A stretch of 64,000 nucleotides of DNA from an uncultured Verrucomicrobiae bacterium (GTDB lineage: Bacteria; Verrucomicrobiota; Verrucomicrobiia; Chthoniobacterales; UBA10450), in NCBI GenBank assembly GCA_963735805.1, contig CAVTMK010000002.1, positions 352,001 through 416,000 on the forward strand, written 5' to 3'. Below, piece after piece: positions 51,394 through 60,614 of the stretch; within the stretch, counting starts at the first letter, position 1; each line of letters begins with the position of its first letter. Under the pieces are notes generated by a model, which saw only the letters and a program-made list of their open reading frames with translations, had not been told where the DNA came from and made no database searches. The position numbers and the translations under genes are program-made.

Positions 51394-54321
51394 ATGAAAA
51401 AGAAATCCACTTCGCAATCAGCCTTTTTTAATCTCCGCGTTTTAACCGCTGCGGTGTTTTGCCTCCTCGGCATCGCTGTGGCGCTGTTCGCTCAGTCAAA
51501 AGGCGCCAAGCAAACTCAACAAACTAATCGCTCCAGCGCGCACCAGGACGCCCCTGGTACACAGCGACCGGATGTGGTGCAAATGATCGGCCCGGTTGCC
51601 ATGAACCAGGATTTGCGCAAACTCCCTTACGTTGCACCAAAGCAGAAAGAAGAAGAAGAGAGACGTTTGACGCGATATCCGTTCCCGCTGGCGGGTTCAG
51701 ACGCGTCGGCAGGACCGGGGACCTCCGCGTACGTCAAGAGACTCCTCAAAAATCTTTGGCGCCCGACGCCCACCATGCCGCCCCCGTTGCTGACATTTGA
51801 GGGAAACAGCGAGACATGCGGTTGTCAGCCTTCTGATAGCGAGGGAGATGTCGGTCCGAATCATTACATTGAAGCGATCAACGAAACTATCAAAATTTTT
51901 GACAAAAGCGGCAACACTCTTTCGGGCCCGACCACATACAATTCATTCTTTTCTTCTTTAACGGGCACTCCTTGCGCGAATGCGAACGATGGTGACCCTT
52001 ATGTTCTCTACGATGCGCAGGCAGATCGCTGGCTGATAAGCGACTTCGCCTTTCCATCTTTTCCTGGATCCTCATTCTTCCAATGCATCGCTGTGTCCCA
52101 GACCAACGACCCCGTTAGCGGTGGCTGGTTTCTCTACGCGCTGCAAGTGGACCCGGGCAACCCGACGTTCCTCGGCGATTATCCCAAGTTTGGATTGTGG
52201 AACGACGGCGGAACTCAAAACGCCTATTTCTTCAACGTCAACCTGTTTAGCAGCCCCACTACCTTTAACGGCGTCCGCGCCTATGCGCTCGACCGGGCAA
52301 GCATGCTCGGTGGCGGTCCCGCCAACGCAATCGGATTTACTCTTAGCGCAGCCGATGTTGGCGCTTCCTATAGCTTCGTCTCCGCGACCTTTAAAGCAGG
52401 AGATCCGCCACCCACGGGAAGGGATGAAATGGTTCTGGCGATCGACAGCCCGGCTACTGGGGGCGTGACTGTCACCCAGGTCCACGCACGGTTCTTTCAC
52501 GTCGATTTTGCCAACCCGGCAAATGCAACTTTTGGCTCCGGTCCAACCCATCAGCCGAATGCCGAGATCACAGTCAACGGCTTCGTTGACGCTTTTACAA
52601 ATACTACGAGCGACATTGTGCCACAGCTGGGAACATCGGGAAAACTGGACACCTTGGGCGATAAGATCATGACGCCGGTCGTTTACCAGAACCGGGCCGG
52701 TACCGAATCGCTGTGGGCGGATAGTACCGTCTGTACCGACACCAACTGCACCGGGCCAACGGGTGTTCGCTGGTACCAGTTCGATGTGACAGGCGGCAAT
52801 TTCCCAGCTACCCCTGTGCAACAGCAAACATGGACCAATAACGATGACGGTTTATGGCGCTGGATGCCCAGCATAGGCGTCGATCAAAGCGGAGACACGG
52901 TCATCGGTTATTCTGCTTCCAGTACGACAATCTTTCCTTCTATTCGTTATGCCGGACGCCTTGAGGCTGACCCGCCAAGCAACCTCGCGCAAGGAGAAGC
53001 CATCATGTTTGCAGGTGTCAGCCAATTTAACGGTAACCGCTGGGGTGATTATACGAGGACAGAAATCGATCCCGCTGATGGCATGAGCTTCTGGCATGTC
53101 AACCAATATGCCCAAAGCGGCGACTGGCACACACGCGTCGGTAAGTTCAATTTCGTAGGCGGAGGAGTAACACCAACTCCGACGCCAACGCCAACGCCTA
53201 CATCACCCACACCGACGCCAACTCCGGGTAACTGCAGTTGGGCAGCCGGACCGGACATGCCTACCGTACTGGTTAGAGCAGTCGGCGTATACTTCCCTGA
53301 CGGCAACTTTTACACCGTGGGCGGTCGTATCTCAGATAACGCGGGCGATGACTTCCAGCACGTGCTCAAATTCGATACCACGTCCAACAGTTGGACCCAG
53401 ATGGCTTCGACGTTGCCTGACAATCAGATGAACAACATGGCTTGTGGCGTGCTCACTGTTTCAGGGACGCCTTTGATCTATTGCGTCGGCGGCTCGGCAG
53501 CTGGAAATACCACCGCCACCGCTCGCGTGTTCACTTACGATCCGGCCACCGATACGCCGGCCCTCCTTGGCACGGACGATTGGCCTGGCGATGCTGCGGG
53601 CACAATTCTGCCTGGTGGCTTTGCAGTGGCCAACAACAAGCTATACATCCTCGGCGGGTTTGACATCAACGTGGCTTCCACAAACGAGATCTGGGAGTTT
53701 GATCCAAATGCTGCGGCAGGCTCCAGGTGGACACAAAAGGTGAACACGCCTGAAGGGATCATGTATGCGCCTACGTGCACCATAAACGGCATCATCTATG
53801 TGGGCGGTGCATCGGATTTCCAGGGTGCTACAGTGGTGGACACCACGAACTCGTTCAGTTTCGATCCTGTGGCGAACACTATTGGCTCCATCGCTCCGAT
53901 ACCAAGAGCCACTGGCGAGACGAGAGGGCTTAACTTTAATGGCCAGATGTATGTAATGGGCGGAGGCCGAGTAGCGCCTAATCCCTCGACTGAAGTGGAC
54001 ATCTACGACCCGGTCAGTAACACTTGGTCACTAGGGGTTCCATTTAACACTCCCCGGCGCAATTTCCCCACCGACACGAACGGTACAGACCATATCTGGT
54101 TGTCAGGTGGCTACGATGTCAGCGGCATAACACCGCTTTCTTCGATGGAGATCTTCTTCTGCCCGCAGGTGACGCCCACGCCAACGCCGTCGCCAACTCC
54201 AACGCCTGGGACACCTACACCTACACCGACGGTGACGCCGACACCGACGCCGGTGGTGACACCAACACCGCGGCCGCCTCCAACGCCACGGCCGCGTCCA
54301 ACACCGCATCCGCGTCCGTGA
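51394..54321 (+). CDS. Secreted RWGDY-family domain plus Kelch propeller protein with Pro/Arg tail
   Basis: Leader MKKKSTSQSAFFNLRVL; PSDSEGDVGPNHY, GDYPK, RWGDY; Kelch repeats. Confidence 0.82.
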   Translation: MKKKSTSQSAFFNLRVLTAAVFCLLGIAVALFAQSKGAKQTQQTNRSSAHQDAPGTQRPDVVQMIGPVAMNQDLRKLPYVAPKQKEEEERRLTRYPFPLAGSDASAGPGTSAYVKRLLKNLWRPTPTMPPPLLTFEGNSETCGCQPSDSEGDVGPNHYIEAINETIKIFDKSGNTLSGPTTYNSFFSSLTGTPCANANDGDPYVLYDAQADRWLISDFAFPSFPGSSFFQCIAVSQTNDPVSGGWFLYALQVDPGNPTFLGDYPKFGLWNDGGTQNAYFFNVNLFSSPTTFNGVRAYALDRASMLGGGPANAIGFTLSAADVGASYSFVSATFKAGDPPPTGRDEMVLAIDSPATGGVTVTQVHARFFHVDFANPANATFGSGPTHQPNAEITVNGFVDAFTNTTSDIVPQLGTSGKLDTLGDKIMTPVVYQNRAGTESLWADSTVCTDTNCTGPTGVRWYQFDVTGGNFPATPVQQQTWTNNDDGLWRWMPSIGVDQSGDTVIGYSASSTTIFPSIRYAGRLEADPPSNLAQGEAIMFAGVSQFNGNRWGDYTRTEIDPADGMSFWHVNQYAQSGDWHTRVGKFNFVGGGVTPTPTPTPTPTSPTPTPTPGNCSWAAGPDMPTVLVRAVGVYFPDGNFYTVGGRISDNAGDDFQHVLKFDTTSNSWTQMASTLPDNQMNNMACGVLTVSGTPLIYCVGGSAAGNTTATARVFTYDPATDTPALLGTDDWPGDAAGTILPGGFAVANNKLYILGGFDINVASTNEIWEFDPNAAAGSRWTQKVNTPEGIMYAPTCTINGIIYVGGASDFQGATVVDTTNSFSFDPVANTIGSIAPIPRATGETRGLNFNGQMYVMGGGRVAPNPSTEVDIYDPVSNTWSLGVPFNTPRRNFPTDTNGTDHIWLSGGYDVSGITPLSSMEIFFCPQVTPTPTPSPTPTPGTPTPTPTVTPTPTPVVTPTPRPPPTPRPRPTPHPRP

Positions 54322-54365
54322 GGCCGTAAGAGTAGAAGCGTTCAAAAATTATAAGGAAGTAACAG

Positions 54366-54402
54366 GGAACTCGTGAGGTAGCTCGCGAGTTCCTTGCTTT
54401 TT
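54366..54402 (+). terminator. Conserved terminator-like hairpin, copy 6 (one G-U pair)
   Basis: GGAACTCGTGAG-GTAG-CTCGCGAGTTCC-TTGCTTTTT. Confidence 0.75.
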
Positions 54403-54431
54403 AGGGGGTTTCGCGTGACGCGCACTCGCTC

Positions 54432-54916
54432 GTGAAGCCTTTCGGCAGTTATGAGTGCCGTTCGCCCGGGCTTGCGGCTTACAAAGTTACGCCCACAAGT
54501 CCGCCGACTATTGTGTCTGCCTGGAGCATAAGCCAGACGGGATTGGGCTCGGTGTTTGTTACGTCGACGGATGGTACAAATAACGTGCTTGTTTGGGTCG
54601 CCGGTGGCGGAGGCGACCAACGGTTGCATGCTTATGATGGCGATACCGGTACGGTGATCTAAGTGGCGGCGGAGCTAACGAAATGATAACTGGAACGCGT
54701 AAGTGGAACACAGGCATTGCCGTTCGCGGTCGCATTTATTACGCTGCAGACAACAAAATCTACGCTTTTATTACTCCAAACGGAGTACCTACTCCAACGC
54801 CCACGCCGAGCGCAACTCCGACGCCCACACCGACTGCTTCGCCGTCACCTACTGCTATCCCAAGAGCGACACCGAGGCCGCGCCCGACTCCGCGCGGTAC
54901 GGGAAACTTAACTTGA
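54432..54916 (+). pseudogene. 3' relic of a beta-propeller gene with PT linker and truncated Pro/Arg tail
   Basis: ORFs 54432-54662 and 54683-54916 join (GTVI[Y]SGGGANEM) if one base is restored near 54661; no leader; ends [17 protein letters not shown]. Confidence 0.7.
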
Positions 54917-55156
54917 GAATAAAGAACAATTAGCCAGCGATTTGCCGGGAAAGCGAGCGTGTCTGCACGCCGAAACGAAGCGGTCGCAACTCGAAAAAAG
55001 GCTTGACCAAATCCGGTCAAACGTTTACAACCGGCGTTTTCCTGCACCTTGAGGCTCCACGAGACAAAACATCTCCACTGCGCCCCGCGAAGACGGGAAG
55101 CGCGGTAGGTCTCAATTCCCCAGGAAGATGCCCACAAAACTCCACTATCATTGAAG

Positions 55157-58100
55157 ATGAAAAAAAAATCCTGTACCCACTCGGCATTCTTTACTTTTCG
55201 AGCATTAATTGGCCTGCTTTTTTGCTTTTCTGGCGCATTGCTTGCATTTTTCGGATCCGGCGTCTTCAGCGGCAAGAACGCCGAGCGGCCTGCCCGATAC
55301 ATGCCCGTACCCGGTCAACGACCTGAGACAGAGGCTGCCGACCTTGAACGACTGGAACAATTCTGGAACGATCGTCTGACATATCCCACGGGACGTTTTG
55401 ACCCGAGATGGCTTCGCGCTGCCGCCGCTCAACACGCGCGCCTGCCCATCGGAGTCCCCGCAGGGATTCCTGCCGTGCTAAAAGCTTTGAGTCCGTTGCG
55501 CTTCAGCACTACCAACTTCACCGCTCTGGGTCCGCAGCCGGAACGCATGACCGGCTGCTCGGGATGTTTTAATTACACGACCACCGAAGGGCGAGTGAAT
55601 GCGATGGCGGTTGATCCAACCACAACCGTAAATGGCAGCATTGTAGCTTACCTTGGCTCAGTTGGAGGCGGTGTATGGAAAACGACCAACTGTTGCGATG
55701 CTTCCACTTCCTGGACCGTAGTAACCGATGATCCGCTGATTTCCACTACGGCGATTGACAGTGTTACCGTTGATCCAAACGATCATAACACCGTCTACGC
55801 CGGCACAGGGGATCTTAATTATGGTTCCTTTTCCATGGGTAGCCAGGGTATTCTCAAGTCCACCGATGCCGGAGCTTCGTGGACGGTGCTTGGCGCCGAC
55901 GTTTTTGGGATGGCTTTCCCGACGCCTGTAGGTCAATTTCCGCAGTATAACGCCGTTGGCAAAGTCCGCGTAGACCCTAATAACAGTAATAAGGTCGCTG
56001 CCGGCGCGAAAACAGGTTTCTACCTCTCTTATGATGGCGGGGTTAACTGGACCGGTCCATGTTCCACTAACGGCTTTGGCACTCAGCGTCAGGATATAAC
56101 CGGCCTGGAACTATCGGACATGGGCGGTGGCGTAACCCGCATCCTGGCGGCTGTCGGCGTAAGAGGTTTTGCGACGACGGTTCAACCCGATTTGGGCCTG
56201 AACGGCGCGAACGGTATCTATACCGCTACAATGGGGTCGAGCGGTTGCCCGAACTTCACATCAGTCGCTGGCAACGCTAATGGATTCGTCTTTGGCACTG
56301 CGGTCACCGGCAGCGCGTACACGACCGGCGCGTCAATGAATGCCGGCACCGGATCGGCCTTTGTTGACATCAACACGGGCGATCAGTTGGGTAGGTTGGA
56401 GATTGCCGTCGCGCCGAGTAACCCGAATTACATCTATGCCCAGGCGCAATCGATTGTCGCGAACGGCAACGGCGGCTGTGGCGGCGCACCCGGCTGTCAG
56501 ATTGGGGCTTGGGCTTCCACTGACGGAGGCACAAGTTGGACCTTCATGGAGGGTTCTCAGGGCGGCGCGCTTAGAGATTGCCAAAACGGCGCAGGCGATT
56601 ATCCACAGAACTGGTACGATGAGGGAATTGTCGTGGATCCAAATGATCCGGAGCGCATCTTCTTCGACACTTTTGACGTGTGGTTCGCAACACGTACGGG
56701 AACGACTTGGAACAATACCACTTGTGGCTATTCTTATAGTGGCGCGGCGGGTCCTGTCCATGTGGATCAGCACGCGCTGGCCTTTTTGCCTGGATCGTCC
56801 AGCATCCTGTTAATTGGTAATGACGGTGGCGCGCACGGCACCACTAACGCCGACGTAACAAATTCCACCACCGATCCGACCTGGTTTAACATGGATACAG
56901 GGTTAAACACCATCGAGTTTTACTCAGGGGACATCAGCGGACACTTCGCCAACTCCGCATCTCCACAAGCCAACGGTGGAGCCCAGGATAACGGATCTAG
57001 CTCGGTTACCTTTACCGGCACGCCAACAGAACCGGTGCAATGGCAGTTGGGAGTGGGCGGTGATGGGTTCTTCGCGCGCATTGATCCTGTCGGCACAGGA
57101 TCGAGCCTGCGTTTCTGGCAGGGCAACAACAGCGGTTCACTTCATCGCTGCGTCATGAACTGTACGAATCAGAATGCCCCATGGAGCGGCAGGGTATCGG
57201 GCGGCTGGAGCGGCGATACGCAATCATTTGTTTTGCCATACGATCTTTTCCATGGCGGGATACCCGGCGGCGATGACTGTCCGGTTGCCGGTGTTCCTGG
57301 GGGCTGCGGCAGTCTCGTTGCTGGCACCACTCGGGTGTGGGAGACGATTCATGGCGGTAACTCTACTTTTAGCTCGGCGGACTGGTATGTGACGAATAAC
57401 CCGATCACCCAGAACATGACCAAGCAATCGCTGGGCAACCGTTCGTTTATCAATCAGGTCAAATACTCACCAAAATATCAGAGCGTTGGAATCGTTGGTA
57501 CGAACGATGGTAATGCATGGATCGGATTTAATCTCGGTACCGGCACTCAAGCACAGGCGAACTGGGTAGATGTTACCGGAAGCAACACCGTCCTGCCCAA
57601 CCGACCTGTAATGGGCATTGCGCTCGATCCTTCAGTGGCGGCGGCAAATCTACCTGTGGGGTATGCGGCCGTTGGCGGCTTTAATGCTAACACGCCAACG
57701 ACACCGGGTCACGTGTTCCAGGTAACATGCACCGCCAATTGCGGCTCTTTCACATGGGCGGACAAGACCGGTGATCTACCGGATATCCCGGTGGACTCCA
57801 TCATCGTTAACCCCAATCAGCCACAACAGGTCTTTGCTGGCACTGACTGGGGCGTTTACTTTACCGACGACGTCACCGTGGCATCGCCTACATGGCAGCG
57901 TTTCGAGAACGGAGTGCCACACGCGATGGTATGGGATATGCAGGTCGATCGGGGTAGCACGACTCTGTCGGTTTGGACACGTAGTCGCGGTGCATACGTC
58001 TATCCGTTGCCAGGTGCCGGGCCGACTCCTACTCCTACACCTACGCCAAGTGTGACGCCAACGGCGACACCTACAGCCACACCAACGGCAACGCCAACAG

Positions 58101-58228
58101 CCACGCCAACGGCAACACCGTCAGTTACACCAACTGTAACGCCGACAGTTACTCCAACTCCTACTGCTACACCGAGGGCGACACCGAGACCACGCCCGAC
58201 GCCGCATCCTCGACCCACTCCGCCGTAA
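55157..58228 (+). CDS. Secreted VPS10/GH74-like Asp-box beta-propeller protein with Pro/Arg tail
   Basis: Leader MKKKSCTHSAFFTFRAL; colinear paralog of 17707 without the insert. Confidence 0.82.
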   Translation: MKKKSCTHSAFFTFRALIGLLFCFSGALLAFFGSGVFSGKNAERPARYMPVPGQRPETEAADLERLEQFWNDRLTYPTGRFDPRWLRAAAAQHARLPIGVPAGIPAVLKALSPLRFSTTNFTALGPQPERMTGCSGCFNYTTTEGRVNAMAVDPTTTVNGSIVAYLGSVGGGVWKTTNCCDASTSWTVVTDDPLISTTAIDSVTVDPNDHNTVYAGTGDLNYGSFSMGSQGILKSTDAGASWTVLGADVFGMAFPTPVGQFPQYNAVGKVRVDPNNSNKVAAGAKTGFYLSYDGGVNWTGPCSTNGFGTQRQDITGLELSDMGGGVTRILAAVGVRGFATTVQPDLGLNGANGIYTATMGSSGCPNFTSVAGNANGFVFGTAVTGSAYTTGASMNAGTGSAFVDINTGDQLGRLEIAVAPSNPNYIYAQAQSIVANGNGGCGGAPGCQIGAWASTDGGTSWTFMEGSQGGALRDCQNGAGDYPQNWYDEGIVVDPNDPERIFFDTFDVWFATRTGTTWNNTTCGYSYSGAAGPVHVDQHALAFLPGSSSILLIGNDGGAHGTTNADVTNSTTDPTWFNMDTGLNTIEFYSGDISGHFANSASPQANGGAQDNGSSSVTFTGTPTEPVQWQLGVGGDGFFARIDPVGTGSSLRFWQGNNSGSLHRCVMNCTNQNAPWSGRVSGGWSGDTQSFVLPYDLFHGGIPGGDDCPVAGVPGGCGSLVAGTTRVWETIHGGNSTFSSADWYVTNNPITQNMTKQSLGNRSFINQVKYSPKYQSVGIVGTNDGNAWIGFNLGTGTQAQANWVDVTGSNTVLPNRPVMGIALDPSVAAANLPVGYAAVGGFNANTPTTPGHVFQVTCTANCGSFTWADKTGDLPDIPVDSIIVNPNQPQQVFAGTDWGVYFTDDVTVASPTWQRFENGVPHAMVWDMQVDRGSTTLSVWTRSRGAYVYPLPGAGPTPTPTPTPSVTPTATPTATPTATPTATPTATPSVTPTVTPTVTPTPTATPRATPRPRPTPHPRPTPP

Positions 58229-58433
58229 TGGATTAGTGACTTCTGAGAAGTCGGCCAAAGCGATGCATCGTGCATCGCTTTGGCCACGTTTCGTCGACCC
58301 GAAATCTCAACTTCCTGAGAACTGCGGAAGAATCGCCCGACGTGGGCAAGCGTCATTTGGTTCTCAAAATAGAAAAGTGTTGAATCGCCCTTGGCCTGTC
58401 GGCTAACAATCGACGCAGTTAATCCTCTGCCTA

Positions 58434-60506
58434 ATGAAAAAGAAATCTTACAATTCACCTGACTTTCTTAAGCCACGCCTGCGAATCACACTGTCTGTCT
58501 TCCTGGTTAGCGTCGTGATCTCTGTGTTTGGCAATGCGTTTGCTCAGCCCCGGCGCGCGAAATCGTCTCTAGGCGCTCCGCAAAGGCAAAACGTCAAAGC
58601 TGCTCTCTCGCGAACTGATCAAAGCTTTTGGGCACAAACAAATGGCCCCCAAGGCGGCGATGGAATTGCATTAGCCACGAATGCGGGTGGGAACGTCTTC
58701 GTAGGAACCCAGGGAGGCGGCGTTTTTCGGTCCTCCGACAATGGAGAAACGTGGACCGAAATCAATAATGGACTTACCGACACGAACGTGCGCGCGCTGG
58801 CAATCAGCAGTGTCGGGCACATTTTTGCCGGAACGTTTAGCGGCGTGTTTCGTTCGTTGGATAATGGAGACAGCTGGGTTGCGGTCAACAATGGCTTGGA
58901 ATTTCCTTCTGTTATCTCGCTGGCGATTAATTCCAGCGGAGACATTTTCGCCGGGACGTTTGCAGGCGGGGGCGTTTATCGGTCGACTGATGACGGCGAT
59001 AACTGGACCTTGGTGGATAATGGCTTGACGAACACCTATGTCACGGCGTTAGCGATCAATTCCAGCGGAGACATTTTTACCGCGACATTTGGCGGTGGCG
59101 CGTTTCGGTCAACCGACAACGGAGACAGCTGGACCGGACTTAACACAGGGTTTCCTGATGGTACGTTTCTTTCGTTAGCCATCAACGCAAGCGGATACAT
59201 TTTCGCAGGTGGCGATCCTCTTGGCGGTCCTGTCGGTGTGCTTCGCTCGACTGACAATGGCGATAGCTGGGAGTCCGTGAATAACGGGTTAACTACGGGG
59301 AATGGTATCAACGCGCTAATAACTACTCCCACGGGATACCTTTTTGCCGCCACCTATGGCGACGGTGTGTTCCGGTCGACGGACAACGGAGATAACTGGA
59401 CACAGGTTAATGACGGATTAACGGACCATTTTGTTCTTTCCTTCGCTATCACTTCGACCGGAGACGTTTTCGCAGGGACCTATTTCGGCGGAGGAGCTTT
59501 CCGGTCGAGCGATAACGGAGAGTCATGGAACGAGAAAAACAGCGGGATCGTCGCGACCGAGGTCCGTACAATTGCGATCAGTTCGACTAACAACATCTTT
59601 GTCGGGACGTATGGCCTTGGCATGTTTCGATCAAGCGACAGCGGTCAGACCTGGGATAAGGTGAACAACGGACTGCTTGCGCTTTATGAAAGCGCCCTGG
59701 CGATCGATGCGAATGGCGACATTTTCGTAGGAGCTGATTTTGTAGGTGGATCTGGCGGTGTTTATCGCTCTACCGATAACGGAGACAATTGGGTAGAGAT
59801 TAATCATGGCGTGATCCAAACGGATGTTCGGGCATTGGCGATCAATTCAAGCGGTCACATTTTGGCAGGGACATATTTTGGCGGTGGCGTCTTTCGATCG
59901 ACAGACAATGGCGATAGTTGGACGCCGGTGAACAATGGTTTGGGGTGCGGAAATATTTGGGCTCTGGCAATCAATTCAAATGGAACTGTCTTCGCTGGAA
60001 CGGCTGGCTGCGGCGACGGCATCTATCGTTCCACTGACAATGGAGATAGCTGGACACTTGCTAACACAGGTCTCACGTCTACCGATGTAGCTGCGCTGGC
60101 TATCAACGCTAGCAACGGATTCATTTTTGCCGGAACACATTCCATCATGGGTAAGGGCGGTGGTATGTTTCGATCCACTGACAACGGCGGCACCTGGACG
60201 GAACAAGATAATGGCTTCACAGCACTCGACGTGAACAGTGTGACGATCAACTCGATCGGCCACGTTTTCGCAGGCGCTGCAGGTGGAGTATTCCGATCGA
60301 TAAATGACGCTGGCAATTGGAGTGACGTCAGTAACGGACTACTTCCTCCAGGTGGAAATGTATGGGCTGTGGCGATCGATTCCGGAGGATTTGCCTTTGC
60401 GGGTACTGCTGGCGGCAGTGTATTTCAAAGCGTACAACCGACGGTGAGATCTACTCCCGTACCGAGACCTCGGCCGACTCCGAGGCCGCGCCCAACTCCG
60501 CCTTAG
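58434..60506 (+). CDS. Secreted BNR/Asp-box repeat double beta-propeller with Pro/Arg tail attached without a linker
   Basis: About 13 repeats of LAINSSGDIFAGT..GGVFRSTDNGDSW..VNNGL; ends [20 protein letters not shown]. Confidence 0.85.
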   Translation: MKKKSYNSPDFLKPRLRITLSVFLVSVVISVFGNAFAQPRRAKSSLGAPQRQNVKAALSRTDQSFWAQTNGPQGGDGIALATNAGGNVFVGTQGGGVFRSSDNGETWTEINNGLTDTNVRALAISSVGHIFAGTFSGVFRSLDNGDSWVAVNNGLEFPSVISLAINSSGDIFAGTFAGGGVYRSTDDGDNWTLVDNGLTNTYVTALAINSSGDIFTATFGGGAFRSTDNGDSWTGLNTGFPDGTFLSLAINASGYIFAGGDPLGGPVGVLRSTDNGDSWESVNNGLTTGNGINALITTPTGYLFAATYGDGVFRSTDNGDNWTQVNDGLTDHFVLSFAITSTGDVFAGTYFGGGAFRSSDNGESWNEKNSGIVATEVRTIAISSTNNIFVGTYGLGMFRSSDSGQTWDKVNNGLLALYESALAIDANGDIFVGADFVGGSGGVYRSTDNGDNWVEINHGVIQTDVRALAINSSGHILAGTYFGGGVFRSTDNGDSWTPVNNGLGCGNIWALAINSNGTVFAGTAGCGDGIYRSTDNGDSWTLANTGLTSTDVAALAINASNGFIFAGTHSIMGKGGGMFRSTDNGGTWTEQDNGFTALDVNSVTINSIGHVFAGAAGGVFRSINDAGNWSDVSNGLLPPGGNVWAVAIDSGGFAFAGTAGGSVFQSVQPTVRSTPVPRPRPTPRPRPTPP

Positions 60507-60614
60507 TCTGGCGATCTGCTCGATTGTGCAGGCGCGCCTGGCTGTCGGGGCGCTCCGGCGTCTTAGCGGGGAAACGCTAAGACGCATGTTACGGCACAAG
60601 AGCAAGTCACCACA

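Noticed and set aside
780..60506. PEP-CTERM, LPXTG or GlyGly-CTERM assignment of the tail
   Set aside because: No hydrophobic TM segment or signature motif, and no sortase, exosortase or rhombosortase gene here.
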